Source: Pseudomonadota bacterium (lineage in GTDB: Bacteria > Pseudomonadota > Gammaproteobacteria > Burkholderiales > Burkholderiaceae_C). Taken from it: a stretch of DNA of 64,000 nucleotides. The stretch lies in assembly GCA_020161775.1 (NCBI GenBank), contig JAIUOW010000005.1:80209-144208 (forward strand). Direction: 5' to 3'. A program made the position numbers and the translations under genes. Each line of letters begins with the position of its first letter. Position 1 is the first letter of the stretch. Below the pieces are notes generated by a model, which was not told the origin of the DNA, made no database searches, and saw nothing but the letters and a program-made list of their open reading frames with translations. Of the stretch, positions 16,933 to 30,600 are shown one piece after another.

Positions 16933-18696
16933 ATGTCCAGCACACGCGCCCGTTCGCCCGCAACGGCGGCTGCTGCCTGCCTGGCCGCGCTGACCCTCCT
17001 GGCGCCGGGCTACCCCAGGGCCCAGGCAACGGTCCCGGCGCCGGAGCAGGCGGCTCAGGAGGGCCTTCGCCGCCAGGAGCAGCGCAACCGGGAGCAGCAA
17101 AAGTCAGCCCAGCCGCAGGCAGACCAATTGAGGCACGAGGCAGCGCCCCTGCCAGCGCGCGAGTTACCGCAGGAGTCCCCCTGCTTCACTATCCATGAAC
17201 TGGCGCTGGGCGGCAGGGATGCGGGCCGCTTCGGCTGGCTGCTGGACGCAGCCCTGCCCTACCTGCGCCGCTGCGTGGGTGCCCAGGGGCTGAGCTTCAT
17301 TGCCGCTGGAATGGACCAGCAGCTGCGCGACCTGGGTTATGCCACCACCCGCGTGGCGCTGCCCGCGCAAAACCTGCGCGCCGGCCAGTTGCTGGTGCAT
17401 ATCGAAGCCGGCCGGGTGGCCGACATCCGCGCTGTCCGGGCGGACGCCGCACCCGGCACGCCTGACACGCCCGACACCCAATGGGGCACATGGCGCAACG
17501 CTTTTCCCGTCGCGGCGGGCGACATCCTGAACGTGCGCGACCTGGAGCAAGGCGTGGAGAACATGAAGCGCCTGCCCAGCCAGGCTGTGGCCACGCGGCT
17601 GGAGCCGGGCGACGCGCCCGGCTCCAGCGTGCTGTACATCGAGCGCAAGGGCGGCGCGCTGAAGGACCGCCTGCGCGGTGGCGCCACGCTGGACAACTCC
17701 GGTGGCGCAAGCCTGGGGCGCACGCAGCTGTCGGCCAACCTTGCCTTTGACAACCCTTTGGGCCTGAACGATGTCGTCACGGCCAGCCTGAACACCAACG
17801 CTGAACGGCCCACAGCCACGCACCGCAGCCAAGGCGCGAGCATCAGCTACAGCCTGCCCTGGGGCTACAACCTGCTGACGCTGCACGCCAGCAACAACCG
17901 GTTTGCGCAGTACGTCCAGGGAACGACCGTGCGTTTCCTTTCCAGCGGGCGCAGCCAGGGCGCCGAGGCGCGGCTGCAGCGCACGGTGCTGCGCACCGCC
18001 AGCACCAAGGTGGGCGTCTATGGCGCGGTGTCCACGCGACGGGCCATCAGCTATCTGGATGATGTGGAGGTCGTCATCCAGCGCCGGCGCACCACCAGCG
18101 TGGAAGCCGGCCTGAGCTACAAGCACCTGTTTGAAAAGTCCAGCCTGGAGCTGGACCTGGGCGTGCGCCGCGGCATGCCCTGGCACGGCGCGCAGGACGA
18201 CTTCGCATCTGCGCGCGAAGGCGGGCTCACGCTGCGGCCCAAGGTCTGGAGCCTGAGCGGCGCCTACGCCACAGATGTGACCCTGGCCGGGCGGGCGCTG
18301 CAATACAGCGTCCATCTGCGGGGCCAGCACACCCGCGACACCACGCTGTCGGCGGACCAGATGGCCATTGGGGGGCGATCCAGCGTGCGTGGCTTTGACG
18401 GCGACGCCGTGCTGCTGGCTGAAAACGGCATCGCCTTGCGCAATGAGCTCACCGCGCCGGTGAAGCTGTGGGACGGCATGGACACCGCCGCCCTGCTGGC
18501 CATTGACTATGGCCGCGTCTGGGGCCCCAGCGACATCCTGCTGACCGGCAAAAAGCTCGCCGGACTGGCGCTGGGCCTGAAGGGCCGCCGCGGCGCCACC
18601 CAGTTTGAGGTCACGCTGGCCACACCTCTTGCCAAACCCGATGGCTTTGCCACGCGGGACCTGAGCCTGTACCTCTCATTGACCCAGGGTTTCTGA
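16933..18696 (+). CDS. cdiB: two-partner secretion outer-membrane transporter (ShlB/FhaC/HecB family), CdiB
   Basis: Signal peptide MSSTRARSPATAAAACLAALTLLAPGYPRAQA and a C-terminal beta-barrel ending ...LYLSLTQGF. It lies immediately upstream (1-nt gap) of a TPS-domain exoprotein. Confidence 0.85.
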   Translation: MSSTRARSPATAAAACLAALTLLAPGYPRAQATVPAPEQAAQEGLRRQEQRNREQQKSAQPQADQLRHEAAPLPARELPQESPCFTIHELALGGRDAGRFGWLLDAALPYLRRCVGAQGLSFIAAGMDQQLRDLGYATTRVALPAQNLRAGQLLVHIEAGRVADIRAVRADAAPGTPDTPDTQWGTWRNAFPVAAGDILNVRDLEQGVENMKRLPSQAVATRLEPGDAPGSSVLYIERKGGALKDRLRGGATLDNSGGASLGRTQLSANLAFDNPLGLNDVVTASLNTNAERPTATHRSQGASISYSLPWGYNLLTLHASNNRFAQYVQGTTVRFLSSGRSQGAEARLQRTVLRTASTKVGVYGAVSTRRAISYLDDVEVVIQRRRTTSVEAGLSYKHLFEKSSLELDLGVRRGMPWHGAQDDFASAREGGLTLRPKVWSLSGAYATDVTLAGRALQYSVHLRGQHTRDTTLSADQMAIGGRSSVRGFDGDAVLLAENGIALRNELTAPVKLWDGMDTAALLAIDYGRVWGPSDILLTGKKLAGLALGLKGRRGATQFEVTLATPLAKPDGFATRDLSLYLSLTQGF

Positions 18697-18697
18697 C

Positions 18698-21600
18698 ATG
18701 CACCCACGCACCCGAGCGATCCTCAACCGCCTGGCGCAACGCCTGAGCGCTGCAGACCATGCACTGAAAACCCAGCTGACCCAGCCGATGTCAGGCCCTG
18801 CACCACGCCCCTGGCTGCGCCGCGTGGCCCGGGTGTTCACATCGCTGTTCATTGCGCAGACCGTGATGGCTGGGGTGCCCGCGTATGCGCAAGTCACCGC
18901 CGCACCCGGCGCGCCTGCTGGCCAGAAGCCGTTGATCGACGCGGCGGCCAACGGCACCCCCATCGTGCTGATCGCGCCGCCCAGCCAGCGCGGCGTCAGC
19001 CGCAACCAGTACGACCAGCTCAACGTCGGCCCCAAAGGCCTGATCCTGAACAACAGCACCGCCAATGTGCAAACGCAGATCGGCGGCTGGATCAGCGGCA
19101 ACCTGCAGCTGGGCCGCACACCGGCGCGGATCATCCTGAACGAAGTCACCGGCCCTCAGGCCAGCCAGCTGCGCGGCACGATCGAAGTTGGCGGACAAAA
19201 AGCCGACATCGTGATCGCCAACCCCAACGGCATCACCTGCAGCGGCTGCGGCTTCCTGAACGCGGACCGCGCCACGCTCACCACCGGCACACCGCAGATC
19301 GGCGCCAACGGCACGGTCACCGGCTTTGACGTGCGCCAGGGCGTGATCCAGATCGGCCCCGAAGGCTTGAACGCAACCGAACAACAGCAGCTGGACCTGC
19401 ACGCCCGCGGCCTGGTGATTGAAGGCGAGGTGTACTCGCAGAACCTGCAGGCCGTGATCGGCGCCAACCAGGTGGTTTACGGCACGCTGCATGCGCTGGT
19501 GCAGGCCACCGCGCAAGACGGCACCGGCGAGGCGCCGCGCCTGGCAGTGGACATCAAGGCGCTGGGCGGCATGTATGCCGGGCAAATCTACCTGATCGCA
19601 ACCGACAAAGGCCTTGGCGTCAACAGCACCGGGCGCGCAGCCACCCTGTCGGGCAACCTGGTGCTGTCGGCCAACGGCGACCTGACGCTCAAGGACACCT
19701 ATGCAACGGGCGATGTCCGGCTCGCGTCGGCCGGCAAGACCACCCTGACGGGCCAGACCGTGGCTGACGGCGCGGTGACCATCAACGCCGGGGACCAACT
19801 GACCCACAGCGGTGCGCTGCAGGCGCCCACGCTGCAACTGAACGCCCCTGCCCTGCACAACAGCGGCAGCATCACCCAGACGAAGGCAGGCGCCAACCTG
19901 GGGCTGACGCTGCCCGGAGGCCTGAACAACAGCGGGCAAATCTACACGCCGGGCAACCTGACGGTGCAGGCTGGCGCCGTCAGCACCGGCGCAGCCCATG
20001 GAACGATGACAGGCCAGCTGAGCGCCGGAGGCTCCCTGCAGGTATCGGCCGCCCAGCTGCAACTGACCGGGCAGCAACTGGCCGCCAACGGCAACATCAC
20101 CCTGGACGCCAGCGGCAAGCTGGACGTGACAGGCACCACCGTATCGGCCAACGGGCAGACCCGGTTGGCCGGTAGTGAAATCGCGCTGGAGCGTGCGCGG
20201 ATTGCGGCTGTGGGCAATGTGCAGATCACCAGCCAGGGCGTGGTCACGGCGAACGCGGCGGACATCAGCAGCAACGCGACGCTCAGCGTCCAGGGCAGCC
20301 GTGTAGATGTCAGCGCGGCCACCATGACGGCCGTGGTCACGGCCAGTATCAAGGCGGACGGTGAAATCAAACTGGACGGCAGCCAGCTTGCCGCGGGCCA
20401 GCGCGTGGAGCTGGTGGGCCAAGGCATCAGCACGCCCGGCGCGACGGTCACCGCAGACAAAATCACCATCGACGCAGGCGCGGGCGCACTGACCAACCCC
20501 GGCGGCAAGATCCTGGCCAGCTCCGCTGAAGCGGACGCGCTCACGGTCAATGCGACCGGTATCACCAACCAGGGCGGCGAGCTGCGCGCCAATGGCGGGC
20601 TGACGCTGGACGCACGCGGCGGTGTGATCGACAACACGGCAGGCGTGATCGCGGGCACCACCGGCGCGTTGACCAACCTGGGCGGCCTGACCAACAAGGG
20701 TGGCATCCTCTACACGCAAAGCGACCTCTCCATCGCCAGCACCGCGCTGGACAACAGCGAAGGCGCCATCGTCACCGCCGGCAGCCTGAGCGTCAGCACG
20801 CCCGGCCAGACCATCAACAACACCAAAGGCCTGATGCAGGCGGGCGGCTCGGTCAGCCTGGACAGCGGCAGCGCGGACCTGAAGAGCGCGGACGGTACCG
20901 TCGTGGCAGGCACGCAACTGACGGTCAACGCCGGTACGGTGGACACGGCGGAAGGCACGCTGGCCGCGGGCACCGACATGACCGTGACGGCGGGCCAACT
21001 GCAGGCGGGCAGCGCCAAGCTGGGCAGCGGCGGGGCCATGAACATCACGGCCAGCGGCAATGCCGGCTTGGGCACGGCGGAAGTCGGCGCCGGTGGTGAT
21101 CTGTCCATTCAAGCCGGTACCGTGCAGGCCACCGGCGCCAACGTGGCCAGCAACGCCAATGTGCAGGTCACCGGCGGCAGCATCACCGGCGGCAACTGGT
21201 CAGCGCAAGGCAACCTTGCGGCGACCAGCGCGGGTGCGCTCAACGTCACGGGCGGCAGCCTGCTGGCGGGCGGAGACCTGACAGCACAAGGCCAGGGCAT
21301 CGTCACGGACAACGCCAGGCTGGGCGGCCAGACGGTCACGCTGAACGCGGGCACGGGCGCCTTGAGCAATGTGGGAGGCCAGATCCACGGCAGGGCCAAC
21401 CTGCACATCCAGGCCAGCCATCTGGCCAACCGCAACGGCACGGTGGCCACCGGCGGTGCCCTGACGCTACAGGGTGCCGCGCTGGAGAACCACGCGGGCA
21501 CCCTGCAGGCCGCGGGCAACCTGACCATCCATACGGCAGGCCAGGCCCTGGACAACACCGCAGGCAAGATCATCTCGGGCGGCAACACGATCGTACAGGC

Positions 21601-24600
21601 CGGTGCATTGAGCAACAGCGGCGGCACGATCAGCGCGGGTGGAACGGCCCATGTGCAGGCTGCGGCCCTGAACACGGTCCAGGGCCAGATCAGCGGCACC
21701 CGCCAGCTGGACATCCTGGTGACCCAGCGCCTGACAGCCGTTGGCGCCACGCTGGGCACAGAGGGCAAGTTCACGGCCAGCGCGGGCGAGATCGACGCCC
21801 GGTCTGCGACGGCCACGGCTGGCGAAACGCTGGCGGTCGCATCGTCAGGTGCGCTGGATATGCGCAGTGCCACCATCACGGCCCAGGGACCGCAGGCGGG
21901 TGACATCCAGATCACCGGCGGCAGCGTCACCGCAGGCAACGCCGCGATCACGGGCGGCGCAGGCGTGGCCCTGGCCTCGGGTGGCGCGATAGACGTGGAC
22001 GCCGCGAACATCGCGGCCCTGAGGACACTGGCCGTGCAGGCGGGTGCAGCGCTGACGGCTGATGCCGCCACGATCCAGACCAACGAACAACTCACGATCA
22101 CGGGAACGACGGTTGCCGCGACCGGCGCTACGCTGTCAGCCGGCGGCAAAGCGGAAGTCACAGCCACCACCGGCGCAGCCACTTTGAACAACGTCAGTCT
22201 GATGGCTGGCGACACGGCGGCAGTGACTGCCGTCGGTATCGCCGCCACAGGTGCCTCCATCGGCGCGGTGAACAACGTGACGCTGAACGCCGGTACCGGC
22301 GATTTCACGGCACCCAACGCTTTGGTGCAAAGCCAGAGCGCCAGCATCAGCCTGAACGCGGCCAACGTCAACGTGACGGGTAGCCCGGCGGCAGGCGCGG
22401 CACCCACCACGGGTTTGCTGGCAGGCCAGGCCATCGCGATCACCGCCACCGGCGCAGTGGACGTGTCGGGCGCTGCTACCTACGCCGGCACCGATATCAC
22501 CATTACGGCGCAAGGCAGCATCATCAACAACGCCGGGCGGATCATCGCGGGCAACCAGGCCAGCCTGAGCGGCGCCGTCCTGAACAACCGGGGCGGCACC
22601 ATCGACGCCAACGGCCCCATCGCCGTCAGCGTCACCACCGGCCAGGTCAACAACGACCAGGGCCGCATCAGTACGCGCGACGTGCTGACCATGAGCACAC
22701 CCACAGGCGGCGCTGCAGGCCCGCTGACCAGCCTGACCAACGCAGGCGGCGTCATTGAAACAACAGGCGCGCTTAACGCCCAGCTGCAAAACTTCAACAA
22801 CGAAGGCGGCAGCGTCGTCGCCCTGGCTGGCCTGACCATCACCGGCGGCCCGGTGACCAACACGGGCGGCCAGCTGGCGTCGCAAGGCAATGTCAGCGTC
22901 AACACCCAGGGTGGCGCCTTCAATGGCGACGATGGCAAGGTGCTCAGCACGCTAGGCAACATCATCCTTACCGCTGGCGCCACGACGTTGAACAGCGCGA
23001 CCGTGACGAGTGGCGGAAGCACCACGTTCACCACGGGTGATCTGCAGGCCAGCCAGGCGCGGATCGGCGCGCAAGGGAACTTCAACGCGACGGCCAGCGG
23101 CGCCGTGACCGCAGACCGGGCCGTGATGGCCGCTGGCGGCAGCGCGGGCATCGCGGCAACGCAGGGGATTGCCGTCAATGGCGGCAGCGTCAGCGCACAA
23201 ACCATCCGCCTGGATGCGGGAAGCGGCGTACTGAACAACACATCGGGTAACCTGACCGCACGGACCACCACGGGCACGGCCATGACGCTGCAAGGCCAGG
23301 GCCTGACCAATGACGGCGGCATGATCGCCTCCAATGCCGACCTGAGCATCAACGCCGGTGCGGGCAGCTCGAGCAACGCGGCGGGGCAGATTCTGGCGGT
23401 GGGCGCAGCCGACATCCGCTCGACGGGACTGAACAACGTGGGCGGCACCATCGCCGCCAACGGCAACCTGACGATCAACGCGGCCCAGGCCCACGCGAAC
23501 GCCGCCACCGACAGCACTGGCGGCACGATCCAAAGCGGCCAGAACATTGCGCTCACGGCGGGCTCCACGACACTGACCAACGCCACCATCACCAGCGGCG
23601 GCAATACCACGCTGAGTACAGCAGCGCTGCAGGCCAACCAGGCCCGCATCAACGCAGGAGGCAACTTCAGTGCAACATCCAGCGCGGCAGTGACCGCGCA
23701 GCAGCTGGCATTGGCGGTGGGGGGCAGCGCAGCCATTACGGCCGCCCAAGGCATCGACCTCAGCGGGGGGAACGTCAGCGCCCAGACGATCAACGCGACC
23801 GCAGGCGGTGTCCTGAACAACACCTCCGGCAACCTGACGGCCAGCGCCACCACTGGCACGGCGCTCACGATGCAGAGCCAGGGCCTGGTCAACGACCAGG
23901 GCACCATCGCCTCCAATGCGGGCCTGAGCATCAACGCGACCACGGGCAGCGCCAGCAACGCTGCCGGCCGGGTGCTGGCGCTGGGCGTGGCCGATGTGCG
24001 GTCCACCGGCATGAGCAACGTGGGCGGCACCATGACCTCCAACGGCAACCTGACCATCAACACCGTTCAGGCCCACGCGAACGCCGCCATCGACAGCACG
24101 GGCGGCACGCTGCAAAGCGGCCAGAACATCACGCTGACCGCAGGCGCCACCACATTGACCAACGCCACCGTCACCAGCGGCGGCAACACCACGCTGAACA
24201 CAGCAGCGCTACAGGCCAATCAGGCGCGCATCAACGCACAGGGCAACTTCAGCACAACATCCAGCGCGGCAGTGACCGCGCAGCAGCTGGCCCTGGCAGC
24301 GGGCGGCAGCGCCGTCATCACGGCTACCCAAGGAATCGACCTCAGCGGGGGCAGCGTCAGCGCCCAGACGATCACCATGAACGCGGGTGGCGTGCTGAAC
24401 AACACCTCCGGCAACCTGACCGCTAGCGCCACCACTGGCACTGCCCTCACGATGCAGAGCCAGGGCCTGGTCAACGACCAGGGCACCATCGCCTCCAATG
24501 CGGGCCTGAGCATCAACGAGACCACCGGCAGCATCAGCAACACCGCCGGGCGTGTGCTGGCATTGGGCGCGGCTGAAATGCGGTCCACCGGCCTCGCCAA

Positions 24601-27600
24601 CGTGGGCGGCACGATTGCGTCCAACGGCAACCTGACGATCAATGCGGCTCAGGCTCACGCCAACGCCGCCACCGACAGCACGGGCGGCATGCTGCAAAGC
24701 GGCCAGAACATCACGCTGACGGCGGGCGCCACGACGCTGACCAACGCCACCGTCACCAGCGGCGGCAACACCACGCTGAACACAGCAGAGCTGCAAGCCA
24801 ATCAGGCGCGCATCAATGCACTGGGCAACTTCAGCGCAACGTCCAGCGCAGCGGTGACCGCGCAGCAGCTGGCCCTGGCGGCGGGCGGCAGCGCCGCCAT
24901 CACGGCAACCCAGGGCATCGACCTCAGCCGGGGCAGCGTCAGCGCGCAGACCATCGCCCTGAGCGCCGGGGGCGTCCTGAACAACACCGGCGGTAACCTG
25001 CACGCGGGCGCCACCACGGGAGACGCCCTCACCTTGCAAAGCCAGGGCCTGGTCAACGACCAGGGCACCATTGCTTCCAACGCCGGTCTGAGCATGCAGG
25101 CGAACACGGGCAGCGTCAGCAATGCCGCTGGCCGCGTGCTGGCGCTCGGCGCGGCCGATGTGCGGTCCACCGGGCTGAACAACGCAGCCGGGACCATCGC
25201 CTCCAACGGCGACCTGACGATCAATACAGTCCAGGCCCACGCGAACGCCGCCACTGACAGTACGGGCGGCACGCTGCAAAGCGGTCAGAACATTGCGTTG
25301 GCGGCAGGCAGCACCACATTGACCCACGCCACGGTCACCAGCGGCGGCAATACCACCCTCACGACTGGCGTTTTGCAGGCCAGCCAGGCCCGCATCAACG
25401 CACTGGGCAACTTCACCGCCACCTCCAGCGGCGCGGTGATGGCCGACCGGATGGCCTTGGCGGCCGGTGGCAGCGCAGCCATCACCGCAGCGCAAGGCAT
25501 AGACGTCAACCGGGGCAGCGTCAGCGCCCAGACCATCAACCTGAACGCCGGTGGCGGCGCGCTGAACAACAACGCAGGCAGCATCCAGGCCGTGGGCGCG
25601 CTCGACATCCGGTCCACAGGCCTGAACAACCGCGCCGGGACCATCGCCTCCAACGGCGACCTGACCCTCAACGCGACGCTGGCCAACGCCATCGCCACGC
25701 TGGACAGCACCGATGGCGCCGTTCGCAGCGCCCAAGCCATCACCCTGACGGCGGGCGCCACCACCTTGACCAACGCCACGGTCACGAGCGGCGGCAACAC
25801 CACGCTGAACACGGCCGACCTGCAGGCCAGTCAGGCCCGCATCAACACGCTGGGCAACCTTACCGCCACCGCCAGCGGCGCGGTGACAGCCGACCAGGTG
25901 ACCCTGGCGGCGGGCGGCAGCGCGGCCATCACGGCTACGCAGGGCATCGATGTCAACCGCGGCACGGTGAGCGCGCAGACCGTCAACCTGAATGCCGGCG
26001 GCATCCTGAACAACAACGCAGGCAGCCTGACCGCGACGGGTGCGGCCGACATCCGATCCGCCGGCCTGACCAACGTGGACGGCACCATCGCCTCCAACGG
26101 CGCGCTGACGGTGAATGCAGCCCAAGCCAACACGGACGCTGGAACGAACAACACGCGCGGCACGATCCGCAGCGCCCAGTCCAGCGTCACGCTGACCACA
26201 GGCGCGCTGAACAACGCCAACGCAGACATCGGCGCAGCCGAAGACGTGCGGATCACCGCCACTGGCGCGCTGACCAACGACCAGGCCCGCATCGTCGCTG
26301 GACGGGACCTGACCCTCGGCGCCAATGCTGTGGGCAACACATCGGGCCTGATTGCAGGCAACCGCAACGCAACGCTGACGGTGGGCGCGGGCGGTGTCAC
26401 GAACACCAGCGGCACCATTCAGGCGGCAAACGACCTGACCGTCACGTCCGCAGGTGACGTGGCCAACACCAGCGGCCAGCTGCTGGCGGGCCACCAGCTG
26501 ACCCTGAGCGGCGCGGCGCTGACCAACAGCCAGGGCCAGATCGGCGCGCAAACCGGCAGCGCCACGCTGGCCGTCACCTCCTACATCAACATCGGCGGCA
26601 GCGTGGTGGCGGGCGGCGCCCTGACGCTGGACACCCAGGGCGGCGCGCTCACGGCCAATGGGTCCACATTGGCCAGCGGCGCCGACATGACGCTGCGCGC
26701 GGGCGCGGCCCAACTGAGCGATGCGGCTATCACGGCTGGCGGCTCCATCAACGCGCAGGTCACGAGCCTGGAAGCTACCCGCGCCAACGTGCAGGCAGCA
26801 GGCAACCTGAGCGCCACGGCGGGCGCCGGTGCTTTCAACGCAGCCAACAGCACCTGGCAGGCAGGCCAGGCGGTGGCGCTCACGGGCGGCGCTGTTGCCG
26901 TGACCGACGCCACAGTCTCAGCCAACACGACGGTCGCCGTCACCGGCGCCAGCGTGGACGCCACGCGCGCCAGCATCACCAGCCCGGGCGACGTGAGCGT
27001 GGTGGCCACCCACGGTGCGCTGGACATCACCCACGCCAGCCTGTTGGCGGGCCGCGACCTGACTGCGACCGGCACCGGCGCGGGCACCACCACCGGCGCT
27101 CAGGCCCTGGCCGGGCGCGACCTGACCCTGGGCAACGGCACGGCCTTTGACTTTGCCGCAGCCAACCTGCAATACCAGTTTGGCCGCGATCTGACGGTGC
27201 GCGCGCAAGGCATCAGCACGGCGGGCCAGCAAGTGTCCGCACGCAACCTGACGCTGGACGCGGGCAGCGGCCAGCTGAACAACCAGGGCGGCACCCTGCA
27301 AGCGACGGGCACGCTGACCGCCAGCGGCACGGGCCTGAACAACCAAAGCGGTGTGATCGCGGCCAACGGCGCCGTCACCGCCAGCGCAGGCACCGGCACC
27401 CTGAACAACGCGGGCGGCAAGATCTACAGCACCCAGGGCGCTACCAGCGTCGCCGGTGCAGCCATAGCCAACGCCACCGGCACCCTCAGCGCCGCCACCG
27501 ACGTCAGCATCACCGGCGGCACGCTGAACAACTCGGGCAACACCATCGCGGCAGGCCGCAACCTGACCGCCACCCTGAGCGGCGCGGTGAACAACGCAGG

Positions 27601-30600
27601 CGGCCGTCTGATCGCCAATACCGGTGCGGCCAGCGTCATGGCCGGCGACGTGAACAACGCCACCGGCGTCATCTCTGGCAGCCACTCGGTCACCATGACC
27701 ACGCGTGCCATCAACAACGAAGGCGGCGTCATTGAATCGGGCGCAGGCGGCATCAGCATCGACACGCAAGGCCACACGCTGACCAACACGGACAGCGGCA
27801 CCACGCGCGGCATCGTCAGCCAGGGCAACATCGCCATCGCGGCCGGTGACATCAAGAACCAGCTGGGCTACATCGGCGCCAATGGCAGCCTGAACATCAC
27901 GCAGTCCAGCACCATCCACAACCAGGGTGGCACCCTGCTCGGCCTGGGTGGCGTATCGGTCACCACCGGCATGCTGAACAACCAGGGCGGCAGCGTGCTA
28001 GGTGGCGTGGATGTGAACGTCAATGCAGGGACGGTGAACAACGGCAACTCCGGCACGATCTATGCCGCACGCGACCTGACCGTCAACGCCAACAGCATCG
28101 ACAACAGCAACACCCGAAACGGCGCGTACACCACGGGCCTGCTTGCCGGGCGCAACGCCAGCATCACGGCCAGCACGATCAACAACGCCAGCGGCGCCAT
28201 CGTGGCGCTGGGCGACGCCACCGTGCGCGCCAGCAGCAGCCTGAACAACACCCAGGGCCAGATCTCGGGCAACGCCGTCACCATCCAGACCCCGAGCCTG
28301 ACCAACACGGCAGGCCGGGCCGACGCCCAGCAGCGCATGACGCTGCAAGTGCCGCAGTTCAGCGCCGACGGCGTGCTGGCCAGCAACGGCGCGATGAACC
28401 TGGAACTGCAGGGCAACTACGTGAACACCGGCGTGGTCAGCGCCAGTGGCGACCTGAGCATCAGCACCACGGGCAGCTACACCAACCTGAACCGGGTGAG
28501 TGCGCAGAACAGCCTGAGCCTGACGGCCGCAGGCATCGACAACGCGTCCAACGCCACGATTGACTCCCAGCGCACAACGCTGAACGCAGGCGGCGGCACC
28601 ATCAACAACGCAGGCCTGATCAACAGCACGCAGGGCCAGACGAGCATCGCCGCAGGCACACTGAACAACACCGGGCGCATCTACGGCGACAGCATCACGC
28701 TGAGCGCCAGCGTGAACAACAGCGCAGCAGCGGGCAACGGCGCCGCCATCGCCACGCGCGGGGGCAGCGTCACCATCAACGGCGCCCTGAACAACACCGA
28801 CGACGCCCTGGTGCTGAGCCTGGGCAACATCCAGATCAACGGCAGCGCGCGCAACGACGGATCGACCATCAACGCGATGGGCAACGTGACCATTACCGGC
28901 CCGTTGACCAACACGCACGTGGGCCTGCAAACGGGCAGCCAGACGCGCACCGACCCTGCCCACGCGGTGTACATCACCCCCAGCGGCAGCACCACCCGGT
29001 ACAACGTAGGCGACCTGGCCTGGACGGGCCACAGCGGCGGCCACTGGGTGTTGCCCAGCGCCACCTACCCGCTGGGCAGCTTCGGCGCGGACCCCAAGGC
29101 GCCTGCCATGCAATGCGGGCTGGACGGCAACGGTGGTGAAGGCGGCAACTGGGTGTGCAACCCCGGCTACGGCGTGCAAGACCCTATCTGGGCATTGATG
29201 GGCGTGGCCAGCCCGGGCAACCCGCCGCCAGACATGGCCATGGGCTGCATGGACTTTGGTGGGGAAACCGGCAACGCGCAGCGCATCACCAGCGGCGCCT
29301 GCGGAAGTTACTGGGTCAGCGTGGACGCCTACGAAGCAAGCAAGGCCAACGCCTACGCGCAACTGGACAACCGGATCAACGCCTTCAATGCGGACCTGAA
29401 CGCCCGCACGCTGATCGACTGGTACGAAACCACGATCACGGGCACGACCATCACGGAAACAACCGTCGTGCCCGGCCGGGCGGCCAAGGTACTGGCCGGG
29501 GGCAACATCAGCATCGGAGGCGGCAGCAACATTGACAGCATCATCGTGGCCGCAGGCAGCCTGAACGGCGGCGGCATGAGCAACATCGCCACCCAGGGCA
29601 CGCGCCAGACCAGCGCCACCGGCTACCAGGTGTTCAGCCACCGCACGTGGAGCGGCGGCTTCAGCAGCAGCTACGGGCGCGAAACCAGCGCACCGCAGCC
29701 CATCGCCGACGCCCCGGTGACCGAGACCCTCACCCTGCCCGTCCTGCAATACCAAAGCAACGGCAACCCCAGCGGCCCCGCAGCGGGCGGCAGCAGCACC
29801 CCGGTGGGCGGTGCCACAGCCAGCGTGGTGGGTGTTGGAAGGAACATCGGCACCGCACGCAACGCCAGCGGCGCAGGCACGGCCAGTGCGGCGGTACAAG
29901 CCGGCACGCCCACCGCCGCAACCGGTGGCGCGGTGCAGGTCGATGCCACCACCACCGCCCAGGCGCAAAGTGCTGCGGCCGTGAATGGCGCACAGATCAC
30001 AGGGGGCAGCGCAGTCACTGCTGGTGCTGGCAACACCCCGGCAGGCAGCGGCGCAGTGATCACGGGCACGGGCGCAGCCCCCACGGGAAGCACTGCCGTC
30101 ACCGCAGGCACGGGCGCGAACCCCACGGGCAACGCTGCGCTGACCGCAAGCACAGGCAACAACGCCACTTCAGGCACGGCCGTCACGACAAGCCCGAACA
30201 CAAACCCGAACACAGGCGGAACCGTCCAAGCCACCGCTGGCACCCAGCCAAACGGCGCCATCACCGCCAGCCTGAGCGCCGCCCCCGACGCCGCCCTGCC
30301 CGGCAGCGTGATCGCAGCGGGCGTGCGCGCGGGCCAGCTGGCCGCCATCACCACATCGCTGACCAACTTTGCAGCGGCAGCCGCCATCCAGCCCAAACAA
30401 GCCAGCGAGGTGGACACCAGCACCCGGCGCAGCGCCCCGGTCACCGTGAAGGCGGCAGGCTACAGCACGGTGCGCGCCAGTGGCGCCGTTCGCGCTCCCG
30501 GCAACCAGCTCTTCAGCATCAACCGCAACCCACGCGCCCCGCTGGTGGAGACAGACCCGGCCTTCACCGGCTACCGCAACTGGATCAGCAGCGCCTACAT

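Noticed and set aside
22940-26200. Regularly spaced repeats that might suggest a CRISPR array or IS-related repeats
   Set aside because: The unit is 582 nt, with no short repeat/spacer alternation. The repeats are in frame within cdiA and encode FHA-type beta-helix repeats.
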